A stretch of DNA of 64,000 bases from Ministeria vibrans ATCC 50519 (GCA_943704425.1 CALSCP010001670.1:86266-150265), one strand, 5' to 3'. Positions 12,801 to 30,949 are shown, counted from the stretch's first letter. Translations and numbers: made by a program. The notes: a model not told the origin generated them from the sequence alone.

Positions 12801-13796
12801 GGGCGCGACACAATCCACGCTTCCGAACTGGAAATGGGCGTCGGGGCACACCGCGACATGGACTCTGCAAACGCATTGGCATTGGACGTCTCAGTCATGA
12901 TGGGCGCTGTTCCGGCGCCATACAACTCGGTGGCCAGCGTTGACGGAGAGGCTGTCGAGCTTCCCACATTGTACACGAGCGCGTCGAGGGGTGTCTGTGA
13001 CGAGGCAGGCGTGCCTGGGGTAAACAGTGTTGCCGCGCTCAGGTACAGCCCCAGCCCATTGAGTCCCTGCGGCAGAAAATTCGCCGGCAGGCTCTGCTGG
13101 GTGTTGCTCACTGATGAAGCACCCACAAGAAATAGACCTATCGGAGAAGAACACACAAGATGGGTGATAAGAGATTAAAAAAAAAAAAAAAAGTTCACTG
13201 TGTTACCGTTCGCGTCTGCTGTGCCAGACAAAGACAGAGTGCTGAGGGTCTTTCCGTCAACATCAAACTACGGGAGGGGGTGGCGGGGGAGGATGAGAAG
13301 GGCAGGGGATGGCGGAGGTCAGTGACAGAGAGAAGGGATCACGACGAACGAATTTGCGGTGGCACGACAATTGCGTGAGAAACAATGGAGTCGAGCGGTC
13401 TGCGGCCGTGGCGTGCTCACAGCCAAAACAACGGCATAGGAGCGTCGGCAGGGCCGGTAATAACGCAACATACGGCGGTCTCCGTGGTGGGAGAGAGGAG
13501 GGCTGTGCAGCGACATCGCTGACAGACACTGAACCCACAGAAATACCCCAAAATCGACAGCGTTTCCATTTGTTTTTGTCGCGCAAGCAGACGGAAGTTT
13601 GCAAGAAACGCAGAAGACGTACCGTCACAAGCAGGAGGTTCGCGGGAAGGGCAGCGCTGGCATCAAGACCAGAGAGTTCGACAAATTGATTCGAGTGGCC
13701 ATGGGTCGCTTCGTCCACATTAACTTCGCTCAGGATCTGCCCTCGAGCAACGGAAGCAGTTGCCACAAGTAGGGCGAGAGCGAAGACGGTGTACAT
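834..13796 (-). CDS. Giant secreted/cell-surface protein: signal peptide, 16 lamin-tail-domain-like repeats, P/T linkers, 15 EGF, ZU5-like domain, then at least 2 EGF; 3' end uncertain
   Basis: Exons 13796-13623, 13267-13207, 13137-11513, 11304-11082, 11014-9972, 9830-4841, 4770-1013 and 947-834 all have GT-AG ends and consistent phase (11,988 nt = 3,996 codons). N-terminus MYTVFALALLVATASVARG is signal-like. Repeats run INE(V/I)D...F(V/I)EL...SRC...PTPG.N.C. EGFs follow CxSxPCxNGxTC...CxCxxGxTGxxCE. Confidence 0.9.
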
Positions 13797-13987
13797 CTTA
13801 AGACGAGAGACAAAAAAAAAGTAAAATAATTATTAATAATTAAAAAAAAAAAGAAACGAAGAATTCGAAGATGAGTATTTGCTCGTCCCTCTCCCTGCCG
13901 AACTCTTTAATTTCCCAGTTTATCTTGCCCTCTGTCCACTCTCTTTGTGTGGCAACATATACCGATCTCTGGAAGGCAACACATCAC

Positions 13988-15486
<1,499 letters not shown>

Positions 15487-15560
15487 TGAACATTCGTATT
15501 TCATCTTGAGGCACACGGTATTGTTACGAGAGCAAGTCGAGCAGAGTACATTGTATTTTT

Positions 15561-15962
15561 CTACTCCTCTTTGGGCGCAACAGCAACAACAGCAGCAGGC
15601 GCTGTCGTCGTCCCGTCGTTCTTTGGTGCCTCCACCCCACTTGTCTTTGCGGGTACATCCGACGTCGTCTCCTCTCCCTGCGTCGTCTTGTCAGCCTTCT
15701 TCTTCGCACGACGCGCTCGCTGGGGAAGTGGTGCCTCCTTGGAGGACGCAGTCTCCTCGCTGGCGGATGCTGCATCTGTCGAGGCGGTGGCGGGGCTACT
15801 AGTGGTAGTTGTTGATGTTGCAGGTACCGACGGGTTCTTCTTCTTGCGCTTCTTAGTCCCATCGCCACTACCCTCAGTTGCACCACTCACATCCTTGGCC
15901 GACTCTACATCTTTCACTATAACCACAACTGGCTTGGATTCACCGTTGGCAGTTGACGGTTG
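15561..15962 (-). CDS. Terminal exon of a low-complexity, K/T/A/S-rich protein with an NLS-like KKRKKK; upstream exons not found
   Basis: Acceptor ttttAG follows a long poly-T; the phase-0 frame reads QPSTANGESK...VAPKEE*. Confidence 0.5.
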   Translation of the reverse strand, partial: QPSTANGESKPVVVIVKDVESAKDVSGATEGSGDGTKKRKKKNPSVPATSTTTTSSPATASTDAASASEETASSKEAPLPQRARRAKKKADKTTQGEETTSDVPAKTSGVEAPKNDGTTTAPAAVVAVAPKEE

Positions 15963-15973
15963 CTAAAACAACG

Positions 15974-16015
<42 letters not shown>

Positions 16016-16214
16016 CGGCGCGAAGAATACGAAGAAATGGGGCTATCCGGGGTGGCGACGGCGGGCATAGGGGTGCAGGGGCAGGGGCGGAGGCAGGATG
16101 CGGCGGCGGCAAGGGCAAGGGCGGGTCGACGTGGCGGTGGTTGACGAAAGTAACGCCAAGAGGGAAAACAGACGAGATATCGCGACAGATACAGAAGACC
16201 AACGGCCGCGCTAC

Positions 16215-16261
16215 CTGTATAGTTTGGTGAGGAAGGCCGGTACGGGTTTGTTGGACTCCAT
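16215..16261 (-). CDS. First exon of an HSF-type DNA-binding-domain protein; remainder absent
   Basis: ATG...MESNKPVPAFLTKLY then ag|GTAGCG. VPAFLTKL(W/Y) is the canonical start of the HSF DNA-binding domain. Confidence 0.7.
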
Positions 16262-16407
16262 ATTGAACAATGCGACGAGTGAATAAAAAAAAATGACAAG
16301 ATTTGAGATTTCTTTCCGTTTCAGATTTGGAATTCGATTAACCTCACACGACCCTGAGTACTGTGGACGACTGTGCTTTGTATTTTGTACGCTTGGGAGT
16401 TCAATAT

Positions 16408-17819
16408 TCATCGCAAGTTGTGGATGTTAAAGACGATAATGTCGGTTGCGCCCAAGAGAGCCAGTTTGTCGAGGATCCCATTGGAATCCTTTTGAAGAAT
16501 GACAGCTGCAACAACAAGAGATAATAATTATAATAATATTAATTATTATTATGATGATGACAAAATGCGTGTCATTCTGCGCACACTTACCTTTGACGGC
16601 AACCCAGTCGGGCTCGGCGGTCTGGCTGACGGTGGCGGAGCGACGGCCAGGGGTGATGGCCGTGGCGCGCTCAAGAGACGCGAGCGGCACATTGTACTCA
16701 ATCATAAAGCACTTGCTCGCTGCAATCGAGCCCAAGATGCGCTGTGTCAGAACTGTCTGCATGTCCTTGTGCTCATCTCGTGTGTTGCCAATCAGGACTG
16801 CCTCCGTCGACATCACCTCACCCACAATCTAAGTGTAAAACACCACTCAGTCAACTTTCTCTTTCCTCTCCCAAAAGTGCGTACCTCCAAACCAGCAGCA
16901 CGCATTGTCTCGCCCGTCTCAACTAAATCCACAATCCCATCTGCAAGCCCAAGCCCACACGCAGCCTCAACAGACCCCGACACTACACGCAATCAGCGTA
17001 ATTCAGAGCAAACCATAGCAAGATGCGTCGTTTCTTTCTACCATAGTCAATGCGCGTCTTATTGTCGTCGCCAGACTCGAGCGCAGAGAAAAACTTGCGC
17101 GCCAGGTTGGGAAACGACGTCACAATGCGTTTCCCTAAGGAGGTACAACCATGAGAAACACGAAACTCACAGACCAAGACACAGACCAAACATACACTGA
17201 CCAAGATACAACAAGATGCACAAGTGAAAACCTCAGACCAAGATAAACAGACACAAGATACACAGACACAGACCAAGATACACATCCATAAGTGGAATAC
17301 ACAGACACAAGAACACAGGTGAGCCGCCCAACACACAAGCGCCGCTCTTGCGCTTACCACACAACTGCTTGACATCGGTGATCTTGTCCGCCGTGGGAGC
17401 CTGCACACACAGGCGACACTTGCCAAAGCCCAGCTGGGCAAGCTCTTGCACATCAACGTTCTTCTCGGCGACCATGTCGCGTCCCGTGATGCCCATGTCA
17501 ACGCTGCAAGTTACAGTCAGCGCGAACGACAGCCGAATGAATGCCTTGAGGCTACCGTCCCTGGCCCACGTAGAGGGCCACGTCCGACGCCGGAAGGAAC
17601 ACAATGGTCACGTCCATGTTGGTGCACAGGGCGATGTCCTGGCGTGCGCTGCGTTGGAACTGCTCGCAGAGACAGTGAGTGTGTGTGATAATGGCACTCC
17701 ATTACTCATTCCCTCTCACGCCATACCTTCACATCAATATGTTCCAGCAAACGCATCACCTTTTCATTCAGACGGCCCTTTTTAGGCACAGCAAACAACA
17801 ACCGGTTGGTGACATCCAT
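16408..17819 (-). CDS. HIS1: ATP phosphoribosyltransferase (long form, 7 exons)
   Basis: LLFAVPKKGRL, FLPASDV..VGQGRVDMGITGRD, LGFGKCRL, GKRIVTSFPNL, SGSVEAACGLGLADGIVDLVETGETMRAAGL, ITPGRRSATVS and LGATDIIVFNIHNLR* across GT-AG introns. Confidence 0.95.
17165..17315. repeat. Degenerate intronic minisatellite (agaccaagatacacagacac-like) in a HIS1 intron
   Basis: accaaga/cagacac units recur about 6 times. Confidence 0.6.
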
Positions 17820-18063
17820 ATTGACAGAGACTGAGATCAAAACACAAAATAAATAGATAAACGAATATTACTTGAAAACAGAAGAAAAAAAAAAGTATCT
17901 TCTTCTTCAATTTATAACAACAAAACTCAAGACTCACAAGAAAAACAACAGCGTTCAATGATCTACAGGAGCCTCAAAAGATAGAACCAGGTTTGAGGGG
18001 AGACAAGTGACGCGATAGACACAAACACCATATGCCCCCTGTGAGAATCGAGGGAAGATGCAC

Positions 18064-19067
18064 TCATGCAGAATGCCCGTCTGGTGACTCTGAGTCCACC
18101 ACCTTCCCCTTGTCGTCTTCGTATGTGCTATGACCAATACTGATTGGTAGGTTGCGACATAAATCCTACATTAGTCATTACATGTATACACAGGCGAGCT
18201 CCTTCTCCTTCCCTCGTCTCACTGGGGACGGCGCAACGAGGCACACTGCCCGGCGAGCACATTCAAAATGGGCTCAACCGCAACCGCATCCCCCAAGGGT
18301 GGCACCCACTCGGACGCCACTTGCGCCGACGTATTGTCCAAACAGTGCACTGGCACCCCCGATGAGCGAGCAAGCTCGTCCAACTCGTCCAAACTCACTT
18401 GGCTCTGTGACAACCGATCCTTGCGCGTTGCCACAATCACTCGTCCCACCAGCCGCGTGTCTTCGCATAGCAATGCCATCTGTAGAAGTAGACAACACCG
18501 AATTCAGCGCGATGGCGACGTACCAACCGAATAATATAATGTCAATGTACCTGAGTCTGCACATACTCGAATGAGCTGCGGTCACACAGCGAGAGCACAT
18601 ACATGACGGCACTCGCCCCTTCAAACATGGCACTGCGCATCTCCTCGTGCAATTGCATCGCGCGTTCTCCGCAGTCTACCCAGTCAAAGCGAAACAGCGT
18701 CGCTCGATGCTCACCAGTCAACTAACGACATGTTTGTTTCAGTTTCACAATGCCCAAGTGTAGAATCCTTCCAAACGCGCACCTTGGCCGGCCAATACAT
18801 AGTTGACTGATGCAACCCTATCGTTTCAAAGTGTCCCGTCGGCACGGCAGCGCCCACAACGCGCGCAACGGTCGCCGTTTTCCCGCTGCACGTCGCGCCC
18901 ACCACCGCCACCCGCACCCGCACCCATCCCTCCCTCACGTGCGCTCCCGCCGCCACCGTGTCAGCCATCCCGTACATCTTTCGCCTCCCCGACACATTCC
19001 CGCCACGAAGAGCCCCAGAGAACGCCTCTTGGCCTCCCGGTGAGTTCTTGAAATTTTCGTCAACCAT
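18064..19067 (-). CDS. CPLANE2: CPLANE2/RSG1-like ciliogenesis small GTPase
   Basis: SPGGQEAF...RRKMYGM, VAVVGATCSGKTATVA (P-loop), HFETIGL..MYWPAK, LFRFDWVDCGE, VMYVLSLCDRSSF and VIVATRKD match the RSG1 pattern as recalled. The C-terminus is either the unspliced stop at 18219 or a last exon 18165-18064. Confidence 0.8.
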
Positions 19068-19173
19068 AATAAATACAAAAAGAGTGCTAATCAAAAAGTA
19101 GTTCAGTTTTTTGCTATTCTCTGGCCCACATTGGGAAGCCTTCCGCCCTCCCCCTCCCCTCTTTTTGAAGAGC

Positions 19174-24620
<5,447 letters not shown>

Positions 24621-24664
24621 ACGAACGATAGAGAGAGACATTAAGTTAATAAAGCTGCATTTTG

Positions 24665-24791
24665 TAACAAATTAATATTATTATTCTATTAATTTTATAA
24701 TTGTTATATTAATTATTATTATTATTATTATTAAATTAATTATTATTATTATTAATTTATTGATTTTATTATTGTTATTATATTATTATTC

Positions 24792-24842
<51 letters not shown>

Positions 24843-24995
24843 TATTATTATCATTATTATTATTAGTACTATTACTATTATTATTATTATTATTATCATT
24901 ATTATTACTATTACTATTCTTCTTCTTCTTCTTCTTCTTCTTCTTGCGTATTGCTATTGGTATTGTTAATGTGTTTGTTAATAATTATTATTATT
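24665..24995. repeat. (ATT)n/(CTT)n microsatellite between convergent genes
   Basis: Long attattatt run followed by cttcttctt. Confidence 0.95.
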
Positions 24996-25001
24996 GTTTC
25001 A

Positions 25002-26949
25002 CTATAAACTTTTTGCGTTGCGAATAAACTGAGTGATTTTGGTGAGATCTTTGACGCCGTCAGTCTCAACGCCACTGGACACATCGACAGCCCATGCGCC
25101 TGTCTAAGAAAAAAAAAAGAGAGAGTGAGAGAGATTACACGTGTTTGTGACTGAGTGAGAGAGAGAGAGTATGTGTGTGTGTGTGTATATAGAGTTGACT
25201 AGGTTGTGTACTTGTTGTATGCAGTCGTGGACATTGTCTGGAGTGAGTCCGCCTGCAACTGCAACGGGGAGCTGTGCGCATATGTGGTGTGCAATATGCC
25301 AGTCAAAGCGACGGCCACTGCCACCTTGATGGGCGAGTGCGGGCGAGGGAGTCACCTTGGTGTCGAGCAGAGCCAGAGCGTGAGCGCCGACGAGGGTGCG
25401 CGAGAGCACTGCGTCCACTGCATCTTCATCGCCCACGTGCACTGCGCGGATGCACGGCACGTCCACATGCAGCCCGGTGTCGGCGCCTTCCGCGTCCCCA
25501 TGCAGCTGCACCGCATCCAATCCCACTGTGCGCGCCGTCTCGTTCATCTCTGCCACACTCGCATTGACAAACACTCCGACCACCAACGGCCGTCTCTGAT
25601 GCACCTACACGAAAATAGTTCAAAAGAACTTCTTTCAGTTGCATTTATATGTCTTACCCTCCTCTCAATGTACGTTGCCCAGTCGGTCAGCCGTCGTCGC
25701 GCTGCGTCCGAGTCGCTCGTGTCGCATTGCGCACTGGGCTTCCCAGCCACTGCCTCAGCCCGCCCCGCCATGGCCTCACGCACTTGCTCGACAATCTTTA
25801 CAAAAAAAAGAAAAAACGCACAACGTTGTCAGGTTCGTGCTTATTTATAGAGATATGGTAGGACCTTTTTTGCGAGGTCAATCGAGACGCAGCGACGGGA
25901 CTTGGGCACAAAAATGAGACCGAGCATGTCGCAGCCGGCGGTGGCGGCGTGAACTGCCGCCTCGACTGTGGAGATGCCGCAAATCTTGACGAATACTTCG
26001 CCGCGTGACGCCTCTTGACCACGGAGGTAGCGAATGAAGCGCGCCGGGTCGGCGGCCTTCATGAGAGCCTCGCCCACAAGAACGGCTGCGACGCCTGAGT
26101 TTGCGTAGCGCGTCACGTCGGCACGCGTGCTGATCCCTGAGAGCGCACAGAGGAGCATGGAGGGGGGCACGAGCGACGAGAGAGACGATGTGCGACCCAA
26201 GTCGACTGTGAAGGTGCGCAGGTCGCGGTTGTTGACGCCGACAAGACGTGCACCGGCAGCGACGGCGCGTTGGGTCTCGTCGGCGTCGGCCACCTCGACA
26301 AGCGGCTCCATGCCGAGCGCTCGACTGGCATTGATGAGCTGCACCAGCTCCTCGTCGGTGAGACAGCGTACAATGAGAAGTGCCGTGTCGGCGCCGTAGA
26401 CGCGTGCCTCGACCAGTTGGTAGGCGTCCACAATGAAGTCCTTGCGAAGGACTGCCGGTCGCAACTTGGCACCACACTCGAGCTCGACCTCGCGACGCAC
26501 CGCAGCCATGTCGTCAAGCGTGCCCTTGAACCACTTGGGCTCGGTCAGCACCGAGATGGTCGCGGCGCCTCCCGCGGCGTACCTGCGAGCCTGCTTTGCG
26601 GCATCCAGCCCCAACGCAATGTCGCCTGGGGGGGGGCAGAAGAGGACGCCTGTCAAGCGATGAGCTCAAGCGTGCCGTGCACGTACCTTTGCTGGGGCTC
26701 GCACGCTTCACTTCGGCCATTACAGCCATGGGTGTCTCGTCGTCGGGGCGTCGCAGTCTCTCGCACACGTCGATGAGCGCAGGCGCCTGTTGAACAACGA
26801 CCGAGAGTGCACATCAACACCACGTTCAAACGCGCGTCTTTGCAACATACCTGCGCCAACCGACTTTCAAGCTGCTCCAAGCTTTCCTTTTCTTTGGCTG
26901 CTGCCACATCCATGCGGCGTTGTGCCACGATTTCGTCCAGAATGCTCAT
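25002..26949 (-). CDS. trpCF: Bifunctional indole-3-glycerol-phosphate synthase / phosphoribosylanthranilate isomerase (6 exons)
   Basis: IGPS: [18 protein letters not shown]|[37 protein letters not shown]: [43 protein letters not shown]. Confidence 0.95.
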
Positions 26950-27019
26950 TCTTATGAAAAAATGTTGATGATTGATTTTTTTTTTTCAAGAATACACTAT
27001 CGCTCACTGATTAATAATC

Positions 27020-27044
27020 GTCCTTTTTTTTTGCTTCTCTCAAG
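27020..27044 (+). promoter_or_regulatory. Candidate non-coding first exon / 5'-TOP-like pyrimidine tract of RPL3
   Basis: tccttttttttttgcttctctcaag|GTAAAT is a pyrimidine tract directly followed by a donor. The matching acceptor is ctcttAG at 27614. Confidence 0.45.
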
Positions 27045-27635
27045 GTAAATCGTGTGTGTGGGTGTGTTTGAGTTGTGGCTGTGGCGGGGGGTCGTGGCGG
27101 GCCTGGCGACGGCGTTGCTGCTGCTCTTGCGTGTTTCTCACTGCACTGCCCGTCGCGCAGTGTCTGCGTCGCCCGCGCATCCCATCGCTGTGTGGGCTGC
27201 ATCTGCTGCGGCGTCTGCCCCGTGCTGTGCGCGACGCAGCCCCCTTCGCTGCCTCCCCCGACACTTTCCTCGTGTCCGAAAGTAAAATGGAAAGCCCCTT
27301 GAAGGCCCTTTCGTCGCGCCTCTTCCACCCTCGCCGTATGCCCTTGGTGTGTCTAACCTTCTTGTCGCTGCGCTGCTGCGCGTTATGCGAGCGTTTGCTT
27401 GAAATCTTCATAAAAAGAAAAAATGAAAAAATGAAGAAAAAAAAAAAAAGAGAAATGACCCAACGAGCTCAGTTTGGGGCGTTGTGTGCGCCTGGCGTGC
27501 ATGCCCGTGACTTTGGTGTGTGCAGATGCGTCTGATTGTGGCGGGCTTGTGTGTGTGTGTTCTCGTAAAGTGCTGAACCTTTTTTTTCTTTTTTTTTCTC
27601 TCTTTTCCTCTTAGAGTTGTACATTTTGTCTTGTA

Positions 27636-29103
27636 ATGGTAAGCAATTCAACCTGTGCATCACGTCCAACCTACCTTCTAACATGGTCTCTCTCTCTCTC
27701 TCTCTCTTTTGTTTCTTTTTTCTCCTTTTTTTTCTTCTCTTCTCTTCTCTTCCTTCCTTCTCATCACAGTCTCACCGTAAGTTTGAAGCTCCCCGTCACG
27801 GTCATCTTGGTCTGCGCCCGCGCAAGCGTGCCCCTGGCCCGCGTGGCAAGGTCAAGTCGTTCCCCAAGGACGACCCGTCCAACCCCCCTCACCTGACGGC
27901 CTTTATGGTCTACAAGGCCGGCATGACGCACATTCTGCGTGAGGTGGAGCGCGCTGGCTCCCTCATGAACAAGAAGGAGGTTGTCGAGGCCGTGACGGTC
28001 CTGGAGGCGCCCCCGATGGTCCCCGTCGGCGTTGTCGGCTACGTGCGCACCCCGCGTGGCCTGCGCTCGCTCACCACCGTGTGGACGCAGCACCTGAGCG
28101 ATGAGGTCCGCCGCCGCTTCTACAAGAACTGGTACAAGTCCAAGAAGAAGGCGTTCACCAAGTACGCCGCCAAGTACTCGACGGACGTTGGCAAGTCGGA
28201 GATCCAGCGTGAGGTTGAGCGCATCAAGAAGTACTGCCAGGTCGTGCGCGTGCTCTGCCACACCCAGATGGCCCACATCAAGAACGGCCAGAAGAAGGCC
28301 AACCTTATGGAGATCCAGATCAACGGTGGCTCCGTCGAGGACAAGGTAAAGAAAGAGAGAAACACTGCCTGCGTGTGTGTGTGCTGACGTGCTGTGCAAA
28401 TTAGATCAAGTTCGCTATGGACTCGTTTGAGAAGGAGATCAAGGTGGACAGCGTGTTCTCGCACAACGAGATGATTGACACGATTGGCGTGACACGTGGC
28501 CACGGTAACACTGGCATCACGAAGCGCTGGGGCACCAAGAAGCTGCCGCGCAAGACGCACAAGGGTCTGCGCAAGGTGGGTTGCATTGGAGCGTGGCATC
28601 CGTCTGATGTCCAGACGACCGTGCCCCGTGCCGGTCAGCACGGTTTCCATCGCCGCACTGAGCTCAACAAGAAGATCTACCGCATCGGTGCGGCCATCCA
28701 CACCGAGGGCGACAAGGTCATCAAGAACAACGCTGCCACCGAGTACGATCTTACCGACAAGAGCATCACCCCCATGGGTGGCTTCCCCCACTACGGAGAG
28801 GTAAGAACGACAAGCAAAAAAAAAAAAAAAAAAGTTCCGTGTCTCATTGTTCGTGCGCCTCGTTCTCTTTTCACCTAGGTCAACGGTGACTTCATCATCA
28901 TCAAGGGCTGCATCATGGGCCCCGCCCGCCGCGTCGTTGTCCTGCGCAAGTCGCTCCTCACCCACACCAGCCGCAAGGCCCTCGAGAAGATCACGCTCAA
29001 GTTCATCGACACGACCGCCAAGCAGGGTCACGGCCGCTTCCAGACGGCCGAGGAGAAGAGCTCCTTCCTGGGCGCTCTCAAGCGCGACAAGGTTGCCGAG
29101 TAA
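27636..29103 (+). CDS. RPL3: 60S ribosomal protein L3
   Basis: ATG|GTAAG at 27636-27638, then exons 27770-28345, 28405-28800 and 28879-29103: [60 protein letters not shown]. Strong C/G-ending codon bias. Confidence 0.98.
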
Positions 29104-29585
29104 GCCTTGCTGATCCGATTTCACTACAATACAAATATAATAATTCCTTCTCACGTGGAAGACAAAAAAAAAATTCAGTCGATTTTATGTTCATTCTGTC
29201 CAATACCAAATTTTTAATTATGTCGAAAACTATAGAGTGTTAGATTTTATTTTATAAGCCGTCAAGTGAGTCGATCCTTATTTTCGTCTCTGCTGAGCTT
29301 GTGATGTGGTGTGAGGGCTGTGTTCCTGACAGAGTACTACATAAACGATTCCATTTTTGTGTCTCATTTGGGAAGACCAATAATTTTTTTGGTACATTGG
29401 TATCTTATTGATATATAAAAGAAGAAGAATTATTTATTTAAGAATACAACCCATTCATTAATGATACAGTCACCACTCACCACGCGAAGACATAATTATA
29501 TTAATAATAATATTACTATTATTTATTTAGTGGCTCCCAGGCTTTGTTCTTCGTTTGTGATGATTAATAATTAATAATTGTAATT

Positions 29586-30546
29586 TTACACAGGGGGACA
29601 TCCGACAGTCGGCACCGGCTTGACGTCGTCAAGGTCAAAGCCCATGGCAGTGAGTTTGGATGTGATGGAGTCGAGGAGCGACTGGGGGACTGTGAGGGCG
29701 CGGGTGAGGACCCACACGTCGTCGTCGTCGAGGGTGCGTCCAACGGCGCCAAGGCACGACGCGACCACCGAGTAGGTCGTGTAGTCGCTGGCGATGATCT
29801 GGTAGGGTCCTGCGACGGGGGCGCCGGGGAAGAGCACGCGCAGGTCGCACGGGTTGGACGCGTTTGCGATGGTCGCCTGGCCCTGGGCGCCAGTGAGGGG
29901 CGCCGAGAGCGAGCCCTTGCGGCACAGGTTGTTGACGCCGACCGTGCTGGCCGACGTCAGCGTGTAGTTGGCCGTCTCGCAGAAGCAGTTGCGGCCGAAG
30001 TAGAATGACGTTGACTGCAGCTGTGTGTACCACAGACCTGTTTGTTTTGGAGGAGAGAGAGAGAGAGTGAAGCGAGTTTAAGGATCTGCCGACGGAAGAA
30101 AAAGACAAAGAGCAAAACTAGGTGTCATCGATCGGATGACAGTGTGGTCACATGGGCGTTTAGGACGAAATTAGGAGCGGGGGTCTTGGGCTGTGGGTCA
30201 CGCGCCGTAGCGAGCAGCCTTGGGAGCTCAGGAAGAGCGAAACGTGGGGGCTCGATTAAATCTTAATGACGATCGGATCTAAACCGCAAATCGACGCGAA
30301 TCCGAGACACCCGATCAGGCACCGTCGCCATGTGGCCCTTTTTATGATGTGTCGGTAGAGTGTGGAGAGCAGTGGGGCTCCGCTGCGGCTCAAAGACGGT
30401 AAGGATGACATGAAATCGAAAGTACCTTGATATTTGGCGACATCGAAATCGGCGCCTTGTTCACAGAGGCTGTACTCCTTTGGGCACTTGGCGCCTTCGG
30501 AGACGACGACCAGAGCGATGAGAATGGTGGCAAAGAGGGTGTGCAT
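29586..30546 (-). CDS. Secreted lipocalin (ApoD/Blc-like), 2 exons
   Basis: Signal peptide; FDVAKYQ|GLWY (SCR1 GxW), PYQIIASDYTTYSVV (SCR2) and VWVLTR (SCR3); intron 30425-30038. Confidence 0.9.
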
Positions 30547-30949
30547 GTTTTCAGCGGGAGACAACAAAAATTATTGACACATGAGGCGAAAATGAAATGA
30601 CGATCGGTCAATCGGTTATTTTTTAAGATAACGGGAGTAAACCACAAAAAAATAACATCAGTGACGTCACAGCAAGCGACAGCGTCTACAGCGACCAAGT
30701 GCAGGTCAGAAGTCAGAAGACTCGGGTCTGAGCCTCTGAGGAGTGCGGACTCGCTGGCCCCGCCGATTGGGCACTGATTGCGCTCACCGGGGGGCTCCTG
30801 GCGCAGTCGAAATAACCGATCCTTCACCTTTTACCTTTTTTTGTACTATCGCACCCTCTGACCTGGCTGGGGTGCAGAACCTCTCTCCTCCCCGAGCCCC
30901 TGTCTAATTGTCGATCCCTTTGCAGTTTGCATTCAGCCGAGGCTGCCAA

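Noticed and set aside
1025-13178. Many long plus-strand ORFs (e.g. 6678-8021, 1086-1916) opposite the giant gene
   Set aside because: Antisense shadows of GC-rich, codon-biased coding sequence with no recognisable motifs.
18168-18180. TGACTAA as a GCN4/AP-1-like site upstream of HIS1
   Set aside because: Better explained as the branch point (GACTAAT) just before an AG acceptor.
27420-27540. Possible C/D snoRNA in the RPL3 5' intron (CTGA at about 27531)
   Set aside because: No proper RUGAUGA box C, terminal stem or recognisable rRNA guide.
29300-29332. GTGATG...CTGA pair downstream of RPL3
   Set aside because: Boxes are only about 25 nt apart and box C is imperfect.
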